This document shows positions 30,137-42,691 of a stretch of 64,000 nucleotides of DNA, piece after piece. The notes under the pieces are model-generated. The model worked only from the letters and a program-made list of their open reading frames with translations, did not search any database and was not told the DNA's origin. The position numbers were made by a program, and so were the translations under genes. The first letter of the stretch is position 1; each line of letters opens with the position of its first letter. The stretch is from Synergistales bacterium (GTDB taxonomy: Bacteria > Synergistota > Synergistia > Synergistales > JAFGMB01): assembly GCA_963666205.1 (NCBI GenBank), contig OY762654.1, positions 2,560,001 to 2,624,000 on the forward strand, read 5' to 3'.

Positions 30137-31360
30137 ATGAAGAATGCAAGGAAAGTCACTTTCTCTTTCTTGGCTATACTATTAGTCTTTTATGCTCTTT
30201 CCCTTCCGGTCCAGGCCGCATACGGCGAGGCTACCGGTTCTCCCCTTGATGGAAAGATCTCCAGGGAAGAAAAGAATATGGAACGCCTGGAAAAGCAGGT
30301 GAACTACCATAAGAAAGCAGTTGTAGACACTCAGAAAAAGGAGAAAAGCGTTCTGGAACAGCTCTCCGTCTATGACCAGAAACAGAAACTTGCCCAACAG
30401 AAGATCAAACTTCTTGAATTAAAACAGGAAAAGGTCAGTAATACTATTACGGAACTGACGGATCAGATAAGAACAGCAGAATCGGATATACTTGTGATGA
30501 AAGATGCTCTTAGAGATAGAATGATCGCAATTTACAAGTACGGTGGTTTGACAGAGCTTAATCTCCTTGTGACTGCTAAAAGTTCCCACGAGGCCCTTAC
30601 CGCATCCTATCTCCTCTCACAGATAGCAAAACAGGACCAGGAAATGATCGAAAGTATGGCTCGAGAAAAAGAACAGTTGGAAAACGCAGCAGAAACCCTT
30701 CTTCATCAGAAGACCACCCTGAAGGAGCAGTCCAGTGAGCTTGTAATCCAGAAGGAATCTCTTTCCCGTGAAACATCCAGCAGGAATGCCCTTCTACAGA
30801 AACTTCGCAAACAGAAAGCCCTTCACCTTGCTGCTGCCAAAGACCTTGAACGTTCTCAAAAGGAGATAGAAAAGAAGATATCCCTTCTTTTGAACAAGAA
30901 GAGACAGGCAGAAGCCCAGAGGAATGCTTCTACCGGGAAAACAAGGACTAATATAACCTATATGAATTCCGGCGGTAAATTTTCGTGGCCTACTCAGGGT
31001 AAGATAACCAGCAGGTTTGGAACAAGGATTCATCCTGTGTTTAAAACAAAGATAATGCATACCGGGATCGATATCTCTACAAGAAAGGGTACCCGTGTCA
31101 AGGCTGCAGAATCCGGAGAGATCCTTTATTCCGGCTGGCTTAGAGGTTATGGCCAGATAATAATTATCGATCACGGACATGATTTGACCACTGTTTATGC
31201 CCACCTGGATTCCATTGCAGTAGATGAGGGTATGGGTGTTAAAAAGGGACAGGACATCGGAACCGTAGGAAGCACCGGTGTTGCAACCGGACCCCACCTT
31301 CACTTTGAAGTGAGATTCAATGGAGAAGCCAGGGATCCCTTAAAGTATCTTTCCAGATAA
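30137..31360 (+). CDS. EnvC-like coiled-coil M23 murein hydrolase (activator)
   Basis: Long coiled coil plus M23 domain (HTGID, HLHFE); follows ftsEX. Confidence 0.88.
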   Translation: MKNARKVTFSFLAILLVFYALSLPVQAAYGEATGSPLDGKISREEKNMERLEKQVNYHKKAVVDTQKKEKSVLEQLSVYDQKQKLAQQKIKLLELKQEKVSNTITELTDQIRTAESDILVMKDALRDRMIAIYKYGGLTELNLLVTAKSSHEALTASYLLSQIAKQDQEMIESMAREKEQLENAAETLLHQKTTLKEQSSELVIQKESLSRETSSRNALLQKLRKQKALHLAAAKDLERSQKEIEKKISLLLNKKRQAEAQRNASTGKTRTNITYMNSGGKFSWPTQGKITSRFGTRIHPVFKTKIMHTGIDISTRKGTRVKAAESGEILYSGWLRGYGQIIIIDHGHDLTTVYAHLDSIAVDEGMGVKKGQDIGTVGSTGVATGPHLHFEVRFNGEARDPLKYLSR

Positions 31361-31383
31361 AATAGATATTGGAGGAACCAGTT

Positions 31384-32586
31384 TTGAAGATTACCAGAAA
31401 AAACAATATCATAAAGTTCTTTGTAGTTTTACTACTTATCTCCACCGCAGGACTTATTCTGGCAGCCAATGCAGGAGATTTTACAGACCTCTCAAGAATA
31501 ACCCCCTTTCAACCAAAGTCCCTTTGGTTGATGAAACAGGCCAGGGCTATTATAGAGACCTATCATGTGGATGCCGAAAGCGAAGATGTTACTGAGGACG
31601 ATCTTGTCTATGGGGCGCTTAAGGGAATGGTTTCAGCCTGGGGTGATCCCTATACCCGTTTTGTTGACCCCCAGAGTCTCAAGGATGAAGAAATAGAGAT
31701 GAAGGGTGAGTATGGTGGACTGGGGATCTATATAGGTCAGAGAGATGGAATGACCATTGTCATCAGCCCCATTGAAGATACTCCGGCAGATAAGGCTGGA
31801 CTCAAGCCTAAAGATCAGATCGTTAAGATCGAAGATGAAATGATTCTGGGCTGGGATTCCCATGAAGTTGTAAAACGGTTAAGAGGCAAATCGGGAACAA
31901 AGGTCACTATATGGGTGAGGAGAGAAGGAGAGGATTCTCTTCTTCGTTTTGATATTGTGAGGGAAATCATCAAACTGCGATCCGTAAGATTCGAAATGCT
32001 TGAAGACAAGATAGGTTATGTACGACTCAGTCAGTTTAAAATGCAGACAGCAGAGGATGTCAAAACCGCTCTTAATGATCTTCAGAGCCAGGGAGCCAGG
32101 GGTATCGTCCTTGATCTGAGGAATAATGGAGGAGGTTTACTTGACTCTGCCGTTGATATTTCCAGCCTTTTCCTGGATGGAGGACTTGTTGTGGGAATGA
32201 AAGGAAGGGTACAGCGGGCTAATGATGAACTTTTTGCAAGGCCTGGACGGCTGTGCAAATTACCCATGGTTGTTCTTGTGAATGAAGGTAGTGCCAGTGC
32301 ATCCGAAATTGTTGCAGGAGCTTTGAAGGACCGTCAGAGGGGAACCCTGGTAGGACAGAAAACCTTTGGTAAAGGGTCAGTGCAGACCCTGTTTAACCTT
32401 CCGGACGGTTCTGGAATGTATGTAACGATTGCCCGTTACCATACTCCCTCCGGAAAAGTGATAGATCACGTAGGCCTTGATCCGGATATTGAAGTTGAAG
32501 GAGAACTTATTAAGGATCACACAAAGGACGAACAGTTGAAAAAAGGCATCGAAGTTCTTAAAAAACAGCTGCCTCAAAATAGCTGA
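31384..32586 (+). CDS. ctpA: C-terminal processing protease, S41 family
   Basis: PDZ domain, DLRNNGGG, SASASEI and TFGKGSVQ motifs. Confidence 0.92.
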   Translation: MKITRKNNIIKFFVVLLLISTAGLILAANAGDFTDLSRITPFQPKSLWLMKQARAIIETYHVDAESEDVTEDDLVYGALKGMVSAWGDPYTRFVDPQSLKDEEIEMKGEYGGLGIYIGQRDGMTIVISPIEDTPADKAGLKPKDQIVKIEDEMILGWDSHEVVKRLRGKSGTKVTIWVRREGEDSLLRFDIVREIIKLRSVRFEMLEDKIGYVRLSQFKMQTAEDVKTALNDLQSQGARGIVLDLRNNGGGLLDSAVDISSLFLDGGLVVGMKGRVQRANDELFARPGRLCKLPMVVLVNEGSASASEIVAGALKDRQRGTLVGQKTFGKGSVQTLFNLPDGSGMYVTIARYHTPSGKVIDHVGLDPDIEVEGELIKDHTKDEQLKKGIEVLKKQLPQNS

Positions 32587-32607
32587 TACTGATTAACGCT
32601 GTCTGAG

Positions 32608-34894
<2,287 letters not shown>

Positions 34895-34908
34895 GATCAT
34901 ATAACAAT

Positions 34909-34946
34909 ACAGGACCGCCCCCTATGGGGTGGTCCTGTGGTTTTTT
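34909..34946. terminator. Terminator between convergent purA and tRNA-Val
   Basis: ACAGGACCGCCC/GGGTGGTCCTGT stem, T tract on the + strand. Confidence 0.8.
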
Positions 34947-34948
34947 AA

Positions 34949-35023
34949 TGGTGGGCGACACAGGGTTCGAACCTGTGACCTCTTCCGTGTGAAGGAAGCG
35001 CTCTTCCACTGAGCTAGTCGCCC
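34949..35023 (-). tRNA. tRNA-Val (anticodon CAC)
   Basis: 75-nt cloverleaf GGGCGAC...GTCGCCC-ACCA, anticodon arm CTTCC-TTCACAC-GGAAG, GGTTCGAAC T-loop, encoded CCA. Confidence 0.97.
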
Positions 35024-35036
35024 ATTGACTGCGGGT

Positions 35037-35065
35037 ATTATATCTGCAGCAGGAATTTAATGCAA
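35037..35065 (-). promoter_or_regulatory. Sigma70 promoter of tRNA-Val
   Basis: TTGCAT-17 nt-TATAAT on the minus strand. Confidence 0.8.
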
Positions 35066-35241
35066 GTGTTAAAACTTTCAAAAAAGGTGTGATTTCATTC
35101 GATTCCCAGCCTTTTCCCTTCGGTAGATCCAGTAGGGAGTGTTATTTTATAGACTGATTTAAGAAGATGTGATAATAGGTATAGTTCATATAATTATCTT
35201 CACTTTTAATGTGTATGGTGTATAATGTGCGCGTATGAGGA

Positions 35242-35703
35242 GTGTTGTTTTTGTCTGATTATTCTGTTTTGACAACAGTCCCGGATTTCTGGACCTACTG
35301 GGGTTTTGAACCTTGGGAATACTCGGGTATGAAGGGCTTTTACAGAAAGGTGACTTTCGTTAAGGATAGTATCATGGGTGAGATTGCCCGATATTATGCC
35401 TATGATTATATTGTTCTTGTCCACAGGGGAAATATCGACGCAGACATTATCTACAGGAACTGGAAACCAGGTCCGGATGTAATGCTGCAGAGGTTTATAT
35501 TTGTAGAGGAAAGAGCTGTGGATAAAAAAAAGATAAAATCCTTTTACATGGGGTTCAGGGGATTCCTTGAAATATATCACTATTCTGCAAATACGAACTA
35601 TGATAAAAAAATAAAAGACCTTGCTCCATTGGTCGATAAAGCTTGGGAATTGATACAGAAACAGAAAACTGACCTATATGGAGGTGATTCCGGAAAAGAG
35701 TAG
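35242..35703 (+). CDS. Hypothetical protein (aromatic-rich, cytoplasmic)
   Basis: 153-aa ORF filling the gap between tRNA and cstA; GAGGAG near the start, exact start uncertain. Confidence 0.65.
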   Translation: MLFLSDYSVLTTVPDFWTYWGFEPWEYSGMKGFYRKVTFVKDSIMGEIARYYAYDYIVLVHRGNIDADIIYRNWKPGPDVMLQRFIFVEERAVDKKKIKSFYMGFRGFLEIYHYSANTNYDKKIKDLAPLVDKAWELIQKQKTDLYGGDSGKE

Positions 35704-35758
35704 CATTCGGAATTTTTTTTGTTATTAATTATTATTAATATCATTTGGAGGTGTAAGT

Positions 35759-37381
35759 ATGTTTGCTGCAATGTTTATCGGTGCCATAGTGGTTTTTGGC
35801 ATAGCGTACAAAGTTCATGGAACCTTCATGGAGAATGTGTATGGTCTGGATGATAGTAACAAGACTCCTGCTGAAACGATGTATGACGGCATAGACTATT
35901 GTCCCGCCCATCCGGCTGTCCTTGTAGGTCACCACTTTGCGTCCATAGCGGGCGCTGGTCCCATAGTAGGTCCTATAGTTGCCGCATCAATGTTCGGCTG
36001 GCTTCCCGCATACCTGTGGTGCCTGATAGGTTCCGCCTTCCTTGGCGGTCCCCACGATATGGGAGCCCTGGTTTCATCAATGAGGCACGATGGCAAGTCC
36101 ATCGGTGAGGTTGTAGACCGCTGGATCGGCAGGAGCGGCAAGGTACTCTTCCTCTGGTTCACCATTCTTGCCCTTATCCTCGTAGTGGCTGTTTTTCTTG
36201 TCCTTTCCGCCAATACCTTCGCAGCAGATCCCATTGTTGCCTTTGTTGGATGCCTTTACATAGCCATGGCAGTCATTTCCGGTCTTCTTATCTATAAGTG
36301 GCATACTCCTCTCTGGATCGTAACGGTAGTGATGCTTGCCATTGTTGGTTTTGCCACAGTCAAGGGTGCAGATTCCGCCTGGATCATGTCTACCTTCAAG
36401 GTTCCTGCGGGCAACTGGAACTGGATACTTGGTGTATATATCCTCCTTGCTTCAGTTCTTCCCGTATGGCTTCTTCTTCAGCCCAGAGATTACCTTGCTT
36501 CCTACTTCCTTTATTTTGCTGTTATCCTTGGAGCAATAGGTATGCTTTTCGGAAGTAAATTTGATTCCGGTCAGATCCCTGTATGGGGCGGCGGATTTGT
36601 CGTCAATGGACAGCCCATGTGGCCCATGCTCTTTGTCATCGTAGCCTGCGGAGCCATTTCTGGTTTCCATTCCCTTGTAGGTTCCGGAACGACAGCCAAG
36701 CAGATCGCCAAAGAAAAAGACGCCAAGATAGTAGGATATGGTTCCATGCTTATAGAGGGTATTGTAGCTACAATAGCCATAGGAACCGTAATGGTAACCG
36801 GATCGGTTCTCAAGGGTGGCCCGGTAGTAACCTTCTCAACCGGAATTGGCCAGTTTGCCAGTATTATAGGTATCGATCCCAAACTTGGAATGAGACTTGG
36901 AGCCATCGCGATAAACTCTTTCCTTCTTACATCTCTTGATACCGCGACCCGACTTACCCGTTATCAGATCCAGGAACTTTCAAACATGAAGATCAATAAG
37001 TATGTTGCAACCATTATTGCGGTCGGCGCGGCTATTGCCCTTGTCTATATGCCCGCTCATGATCCGGCAGGTAACGTTATTCCTGCATGGAAGGCTATAT
37101 GGCCCATCTTTGGAGCTGCAAATCAGATGGTAGCTGCTCTTGCCCTTCTTTCTATCGGCGTTTGGGTTATCAAGGGGCTCAAGAAGAGCGGGACTTTCCT
37201 TATCGCTCCTTTCTGGTTCATGATAGCCACAACAGCAGCCGCTCTTGTTCTCCTTATCAAGAATTCAATGGCTGGAGAGCACCCCAACTACCTGCTGGCT
37301 GGAGTAGCCTCGATCCTTATGGTTCTTGGTCTTATGCTTGCCGTTCAGGCATTCAGGGCTATCAAGGGAGAAAAAGCTTAA
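35759..37381 (+). CDS. cstA: Carbon starvation protein A family transporter
   Basis: GHHFASIAGAGPIVGP, LLQPRDY, ACGAISGFH and TSLDTATR motifs. Confidence 0.93.
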   Translation: MFAAMFIGAIVVFGIAYKVHGTFMENVYGLDDSNKTPAETMYDGIDYCPAHPAVLVGHHFASIAGAGPIVGPIVAASMFGWLPAYLWCLIGSAFLGGPHDMGALVSSMRHDGKSIGEVVDRWIGRSGKVLFLWFTILALILVVAVFLVLSANTFAADPIVAFVGCLYIAMAVISGLLIYKWHTPLWIVTVVMLAIVGFATVKGADSAWIMSTFKVPAGNWNWILGVYILLASVLPVWLLLQPRDYLASYFLYFAVILGAIGMLFGSKFDSGQIPVWGGGFVVNGQPMWPMLFVIVACGAISGFHSLVGSGTTAKQIAKEKDAKIVGYGSMLIEGIVATIAIGTVMVTGSVLKGGPVVTFSTGIGQFASIIGIDPKLGMRLGAIAINSFLLTSLDTATRLTRYQIQELSNMKINKYVATIIAVGAAIALVYMPAHDPAGNVIPAWKAIWPIFGAANQMVAALALLSIGVWVIKGLKKSGTFLIAPFWFMIATTAAALVLLIKNSMAGEHPNYLLAGVASILMVLGLMLAVQAFRAIKGEKA

Positions 37382-37420
37382 TAAACAGATAATCAGAAGC
37401 ATTCTGGTTTATGATACTCC

Positions 37421-37451
37421 GAGGGGGACCGTATAACGGTCCCCCTTTTTT
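37421..37451 (+). terminator. Intrinsic terminator
   Basis: AGGGGGACCGT/ACGGTCCCCCT stem followed by a T tract. Confidence 0.9.
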
Positions 37452-37644
37452 ATTGGGAGATATAGATAAGATTTCCAGTCTATTTCATTGACCCTGTAAA
37501 TAATCTCTCCTTCAATGACCTGTACCGTTTTTCCCCTTTACCGTTCTGTAGTATACTTAAGCATAGTAATTAGACAAAGAGTCATTCTGATCTTTTTCTT
37601 TGCTCAAAACAGAGCCTGGCTAGTATGAAGGGGGGTCCTATCTA

Positions 37645-39372
37645 TTGGTTACTTACAGAGAGCATGGTGCATGTGACTTTTCTGTCGTCTTGTGCGGGGC
37701 TGCAGGACAGGGCATAAAGACTGTAGAAACACTTGTAGTTAAGGTAATGAAAAGAGCCGGATATAACGTATTTGCGAGCAGGGAATATATGTCTAGGGTA
37801 CGGGGAGGTAATAATTCTACGGAGATAAGGATCTCCTCCGTTAGAGTATCAGCATTTGTGGACAGAATAGATATGCTTCTTGCCCTCAACGGAGGAATAA
37901 GAAAAAATATAAGAGATAGAATATCTGATTCAACAGTTATTGTTGCTGACAGAGATGAACTTGGTGGAGAAGTCGATTCCCTTTCAGGACAATTTTATAA
38001 TGTAGACCTTATAAGACTTGCAAAAGAAGCGGGAGGGGCCGTTTATTCCAATGTGGTTGCAGCTGGCATAGTGTTCGGGCTCTGTAAAGTACCAATTCAG
38101 GAAGTAACACAGTTCTTTAACGCCTTTTTCATTTCCAAAGGAGAAGGGGTGGTTAAGAAGAATCTTGTTGCAATGGAAAAGGGGTTTCTGATCGGAGAGC
38201 GGATGGGATCTTCGGGTCTTATTCCCATTGATCTTGAACCTGATCCTGATGTAAAGGAAGAGCTCCTGATGGATGGAAGCGAAGCCGTATCCCTTGGTGC
38301 GATCGCTGGAGGATGTAATTTTATTGCCTCATACCCGATGTCACCTGCAACAGGGGTCCTTACTTTTTTATCTAAAAACGCAAAATCTTTTGGAATCGTG
38401 GCAGAACAGGTAGAGGATGAGATAGCTGCCATCAATATGGCAGTTGGAGCCGGATATGCAGGTGCAAGGGCTATGGTTTCCACCTCTGGCGGCGGATTTG
38501 CCCTGATGAGTGAGGGATTGAGCCTTGCGGGTATTATGGAAACACCTGTAGTGATCCACCTGGGACAGCGGCCTGGGCCAGCTACAGGTATGGCAACCAG
38601 GACAGAACAGGGAGACCTTGAACTTGCTCTTTACTCGGGACACGGAGAATTCCCCCGTATAATCCTGGCACCTGCAACGATAGAGGATGGGTTCTGGCTT
38701 ACCCAGAAAGCTTTTAATCTTGCAGATAAATTTCAGACCCAGGTCATAATACTTACAGATCAGTATTTCCTTAATTCCTTTTATAATATTCCCGCCATAG
38801 ACACAGAAAAGATCTTTATTGACAGATATATCGTAGAAGCAGATAAAAATTACAGACGATACATTATGTCAGAGAACGGAATATCCCCTCGCTCTGTTCC
38901 TGGTTATGGCAGAGGAATAGTCGGAGCAGATAGCCACGAGCACGACGAATGGGGACATGTCCAGGAAGATTTTGAACTCAGGGTCAGAATGGTTGATAAA
39001 CGGTTGAGGAAGATGAGAGAGATCGAAAAAGAAACTGTTGAGCCACTCTTTTTTGGATCGACGGATTTCACAAACCTGGTTCTTTCATGGGGATCTACAT
39101 ATCCTATGGTCATGGAAACAGCAAAACTGCTCCCATCTGCCGACACGGCCTTTCTTCATCTGAGACAGATATGGCCTCTTTCCGGGGAAGTGCGAGAGAT
39201 TCTTTCAAGGGCATTAAAGGTCATAGTTCTCGAGGGTAACGCTACCGGTCAGTTTTCTAAACTTATCAGAAGAGAAACTGGAATTGAGGCTGACCATCTG
39301 GTTCTTAATTACAGTGGATTGCAATTCTCTTCGGAAGATGTTTACAGATATCTTCACAAGATTCTGGATTAG
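37645..39372 (+). CDS. 2-oxoacid:ferredoxin oxidoreductase alpha subunit (gamma-alpha fusion)
   Basis: GAAGQGI, SRVRGG, YPMSP, EDEIAA and QRPGPATG motifs. Confidence 0.92.
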   Translation: MVTYREHGACDFSVVLCGAAGQGIKTVETLVVKVMKRAGYNVFASREYMSRVRGGNNSTEIRISSVRVSAFVDRIDMLLALNGGIRKNIRDRISDSTVIVADRDELGGEVDSLSGQFYNVDLIRLAKEAGGAVYSNVVAAGIVFGLCKVPIQEVTQFFNAFFISKGEGVVKKNLVAMEKGFLIGERMGSSGLIPIDLEPDPDVKEELLMDGSEAVSLGAIAGGCNFIASYPMSPATGVLTFLSKNAKSFGIVAEQVEDEIAAINMAVGAGYAGARAMVSTSGGGFALMSEGLSLAGIMETPVVIHLGQRPGPATGMATRTEQGDLELALYSGHGEFPRIILAPATIEDGFWLTQKAFNLADKFQTQVIILTDQYFLNSFYNIPAIDTEKIFIDRYIVEADKNYRRYIMSENGISPRSVPGYGRGIVGADSHEHDEWGHVQEDFELRVRMVDKRLRKMREIEKETVEPLFFGSTDFTNLVLSWGSTYPMVMETAKLLPSADTAFLHLRQIWPLSGEVREILSRALKVIVLEGNATGQFSKLIRRETGIEADHLVLNYSGLQFSSEDVYRYLHKILD

Positions 39373-39383
39373 GAGGTGAAAAG

Positions 39384-40244
39384 ATGGATCCCAGTATTTT
39401 TGACCTTCAGAATATCGATATCCAGTGGTGTCCGGGTTGTGGCGATTTCAAGATATTGGATGCCTTAAAAGGAGCCCTGGCTGAGCTCGATTTTCCTCCG
39501 GAGGAAGTGGTAATCGTATCGGGAATTGGCCAGGCTGCTAAAATGCCCCATTTCATGAAATCCCATTTCTTCAATGGTCTTCATGGAAGAGCCCTGTCCA
39601 ATGCTACTGCCATAAAAGCCTCCAATCCCTTTCTTAAAGTAATAGCTATAGGAGGAGACGGGGATATGTACGGGGAAGGTGGTAACCATTTTATTAATAC
39701 CATAAGACGTAATACTGATATAACCAATATTGTCTGTAACAATATGGTCTATGGACTTACAAAAGGGCAGGCATCCCCTACCAGCCCGATAGGTTTCAGG
39801 ACTTCTGTTCAGGTCGATGGTGTGATCAACGAGCCCTTTAATCCTCTTTCCATAGCTATTGCCCAGAAAGCTTCATTTGTTGCAAGGGCTTTTGCCGGAG
39901 ACCTTGAGAAAACCAGGGAAATAATAAAAAAAGCGATCCTCCACAAGGGTTATTCTCTGGTTGATATTTTCCAGCCATGTGTTTCATTCAACAAGGTAAA
40001 TACTTATAAGTGGTTTATGGAGAATACATATTATCTTGATGACAATCATGATTCGGAAAACAGGGAAAAAGCGATACTTCTTGCATTGAAGGAGGACAAA
40101 TATCCTCTGGGTGTCATCTACGAAGAGAATCTCAGAAACTCTTTTGAAGAGAATCTGGGCATCTACGGGGAAGATAAGCGTCCTCTTTACAAAAAAGATT
40201 TTGATATGGATAAATTCAGAGAGTTACTTGATATGCAAAAATAA
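39384..40244 (+). CDS. 2-oxoacid:ferredoxin oxidoreductase beta subunit
   Basis: WCPGCG, LHGR, GGDGD...N and YGLTKGQ motifs. Confidence 0.92.
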   Translation: MDPSIFDLQNIDIQWCPGCGDFKILDALKGALAELDFPPEEVVIVSGIGQAAKMPHFMKSHFFNGLHGRALSNATAIKASNPFLKVIAIGGDGDMYGEGGNHFINTIRRNTDITNIVCNNMVYGLTKGQASPTSPIGFRTSVQVDGVINEPFNPLSIAIAQKASFVARAFAGDLEKTREIIKKAILHKGYSLVDIFQPCVSFNKVNTYKWFMENTYYLDDNHDSENREKAILLALKEDKYPLGVIYEENLRNSFEENLGIYGEDKRPLYKKDFDMDKFRELLDMQK

Positions 40245-40266
40245 GAGATTTTAAGGAGGCCGAAAA

Positions 40267-40857
40267 ATGGGAGAAATTATTGACCTGGGTTTTGAAGCGC
40301 TGGATTTCAGTCTGAAAGATCAGAATAATGAAGAAGTAAGACTATCTGATTTTAAGGGAAGGAATATTCTCCTCTCTTTTCACCCTCTGGCATGGACAAA
40401 AATATGTACTGAGCAGATGAACAGGCTGGATGTAAGGATGGACCTTTTCGAAAAACTCAATACCATTCCCTTTGGGTTGAGTGTAGATACAGTACCTTGC
40501 AAGAAAGCATGGGCAAAAGAAATAGGAATCGAAAAACTTCGTCTGCTTTCTGATTTCTGGCCCCATGGTGAAATTGCTGGTGCTTTTGGACTCTTCAGGG
40601 ATAAGGATGGCTTCTCCGAAAGAGCGAACATACTCCTTAATGAAAAACATGAGGTGATATTCACAAGGGTATATGATCTTGGAGAACAGCCCGATCTAAG
40701 GGAAATAGAGGAGTTCCTTATCGATTATGGTAATACTTCAATTGATCTGGAGGTAGAGATCAAAAAATGCCTTATCGACAATAAGGGTAAACTCCTGTGC
40801 ATGCAGGATCTTTCCGCTGTAGGGATCCATGCTACGCCAAAAGTAGATTTCGACTAG
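40267..40857 (+). CDS. Peroxiredoxin, AhpE-like, with C-terminal extension
   Basis: FHPLAWTKIC, LLSDFWPHG and SERA motifs. Confidence 0.88.
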   Translation: MGEIIDLGFEALDFSLKDQNNEEVRLSDFKGRNILLSFHPLAWTKICTEQMNRLDVRMDLFEKLNTIPFGLSVDTVPCKKAWAKEIGIEKLRLLSDFWPHGEIAGAFGLFRDKDGFSERANILLNEKHEVIFTRVYDLGEQPDLREIEEFLIDYGNTSIDLEVEIKKCLIDNKGKLLCMQDLSAVGIHATPKVDFD

Positions 40858-40907
40858 AGAGTATATTTTCTTTAAACGCGATATATGGAAAACCGGAGGA
40901 ATCAACA

Positions 40908-41381
40908 ATGGATATTATCGGGAAGAAAGCACCTGTTTTCTGCCTTGAAGATCAGTACGGCAAAGAGGTCTGTCTGGAAGATATGAGGGGTAAAATGGTA
41001 GTTCTATTCGTATATGTAAAAGATTCTACCCCTGGGTGAACTAACGAGGCCAGAGATTTTCAGGACAGGTTGTCCTCTTTCAGAGAACTGGGAGCAGAAG
41101 TTATAGGAATAAGTCCGGATCCAGTAAAAAGCCACATCCGTTTTGCGGAAAAACTTTCTCTTGACTATAAGCTTCTCAGTGATCCGGGTCACAAGTTAAT
41201 AGAAGATTATGGGTTCTGGCAGTTAAAAAAAATGTATGGCAAGGAATATATGGGTGTAGTAAGATCTACTGTTCTCATAGATAAGGACGGTAATGTCGAA
41301 TACTTGTGGGATAAGGTTAAAGTTAAGGGGCATGCTGAGGAAGTTCTTACAAAGATACAGGAATATACCAATAAAATGTAA
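40908..41381 (+). CDS. bcp: BCP/PrxQ peroxiredoxin, predicted selenoprotein (UGA at codon 44, 41037-41039)
   Basis: GGAGG RBS; two same-frame ORF fragments join as KDSTPG-UGA-TNEA, matching TPGCT; 157 aa. Confidence 0.88.
41040..41091 (+). promoter_or_regulatory. Candidate bacterial SECIS element
   Basis: AGGACA-GGT-TGTCCT hairpin at 41062-41076 with a G-led loop 28 nt after the UGA. Confidence 0.65.
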
Positions 41382-41436
41382 TGAAACTTTAATGGCAAGG
41401 GGGGAGAAGCTGTTTCAGTGCGCTTTGTCCCCCTGG

Positions 41437-42195
41437 TCATTCCCATTCAAAGTCAAGTATCTTTTCCCATGTGAAATTAAGGATGGCTTCCTTTGATGGC
41501 ATCCGGCCTTCGGTCATTCTCTGGTAATCGTCACAGATATTTTCATACACAAGTCTGAGTTTGGGGTCGGCTTCGTTCACTATAACCATGCGGCTTATTT
41601 TGGTCAGCTGTTGATATATTTCCGGAACGGATACAAGGGCTGGACCGTCGGGTGTTATGGCTATGGTGTAGACAAATGAAAGTATATCATTACCCCTGTA
41701 GGAGCTTATACCTCTGTATTCAGGTGTAGTAGGTGAAACATACAGGATAATATCCTCGGGGACTTCGATATCAAGAGGCAGGTTGTTCCATCTGGTCTCT
41801 CCCTCCGGAGTCAAAATAATCCACCCGAGTTTAGCAGTTGAGAGTGTAGTAACCCACATGGTCAGCACATTACCTTTCAGAGGGTCTTCCAGTTCAATGT
41901 GCCAGACAAGATCATTGATGTTGTCACTGTCTGCATTAACCAGCGAGTAGGATGAATCCCGGTAGATTAGTCCTTCCATTTCGTAAAGTCGGTATAACTC
42001 TGTCGAGGTTCTGAAAAATGCTTTTCTGATTTCTCCAGCCTCATATTTATGCTGTTCAATGGAAATAAAAAAAGGTTGCTCGGGGACGGATAAAATCCTG
42101 TTGAAGGCCCATACCGGTGACATGGGATAAATGACAAAATGTAAGATGAAAAGAAATGATAGAAAAAACCGAATAAGGTATGGCAATGATTTCAC
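41437..42195 (-). CDS. Secreted or membrane-anchored hypothetical protein
   Basis: 252-aa ORF, GAGGTG RBS, hydrophobic N-terminus. Confidence 0.8.
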   Translation of the reverse strand: MKSLPYLIRFFLSFLFILHFVIYPMSPVWAFNRILSVPEQPFFISIEQHKYEAGEIRKAFFRTSTELYRLYEMEGLIYRDSSYSLVNADSDNINDLVWHIELEDPLKGNVLTMWVTTLSTAKLGWIILTPEGETRWNNLPLDIEVPEDIILYVSPTTPEYRGISSYRGNDILSFVYTIAITPDGPALVSVPEIYQQLTKISRMVIVNEADPKLRLVYENICDDYQRMTEGRMPSKEAILNFTWEKILDFEWE

Positions 42196-42199
42196 CTCG

Positions 42200-42691
42200 C
42201 TATAATTGGACGATGCGTACCATGGTCTGATCCATGTCTTGAAGTTTTTCTTTCAGATCTCTTATGGTTCTTCCTATTACAGGATGGACCCAGTCAGGAG
42301 TTAACTGTTCCAGGGGTATAAGAACAAAAGATCTTTTATGAAATTCAGGGTGGGGAATGGTAAGATCATTTTCATCGATTACGTAGTTATCGTAAAGGAG
42401 TATGTCCAGGTCAATTTCTCTGGGACCCCATTTCTCCCGGTGGATCCTTCCTATCTGTTTTTCAATGTCCTTGAGCTGGATAAGAAGAGACTGCGGAGAA
42501 AGTTGAGAATCAATTATGACGCAGGCGTTCAGAAATCGATTCTGGTCCTGTGGCCCTAGAGGATGGGTTTCAAAAATATCGCTTCTGCCGGTTATATCTA
42601 TTCCTTTGAGTTTTAGAAGACGCAGGGCTTTCCTTAAATTTCCGAGTCTATCTCCAAGGTTACTTCCCAATGCTATGGCTACTCTTGTCAA
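42200..42691 (-). CDS. folK: Hydroxymethyldihydropterin pyrophosphokinase
   Basis: ALGSNLG, WGPREIDLDIL and IPHP motifs. Confidence 0.95.
   Translation of the reverse strand: MTRVAIALGSNLGDRLGNLRKALRLLKLKGIDITGRSDIFETHPLGPQDQNRFLNACVIIDSQLSPQSLLIQLKDIEKQIGRIHREKWGPREIDLDILLYDNYVIDENDLTIPHPEFHKRSFVLIPLEQLTPDWVHPVIGRTIRDLKEKLQDMDQTMVRIVQL

Noticed and set aside
34895-35241. tRNA-Val as an integration site
   Set aside because: No integrase, no duplicated tRNA 3' end, and purA abuts the 3' side.
35723-35740. TATTAAT-N4-ATTAATA palindrome upstream of cstA
   Set aside because: It is all A/T within a low-complexity tract, so likely chance.
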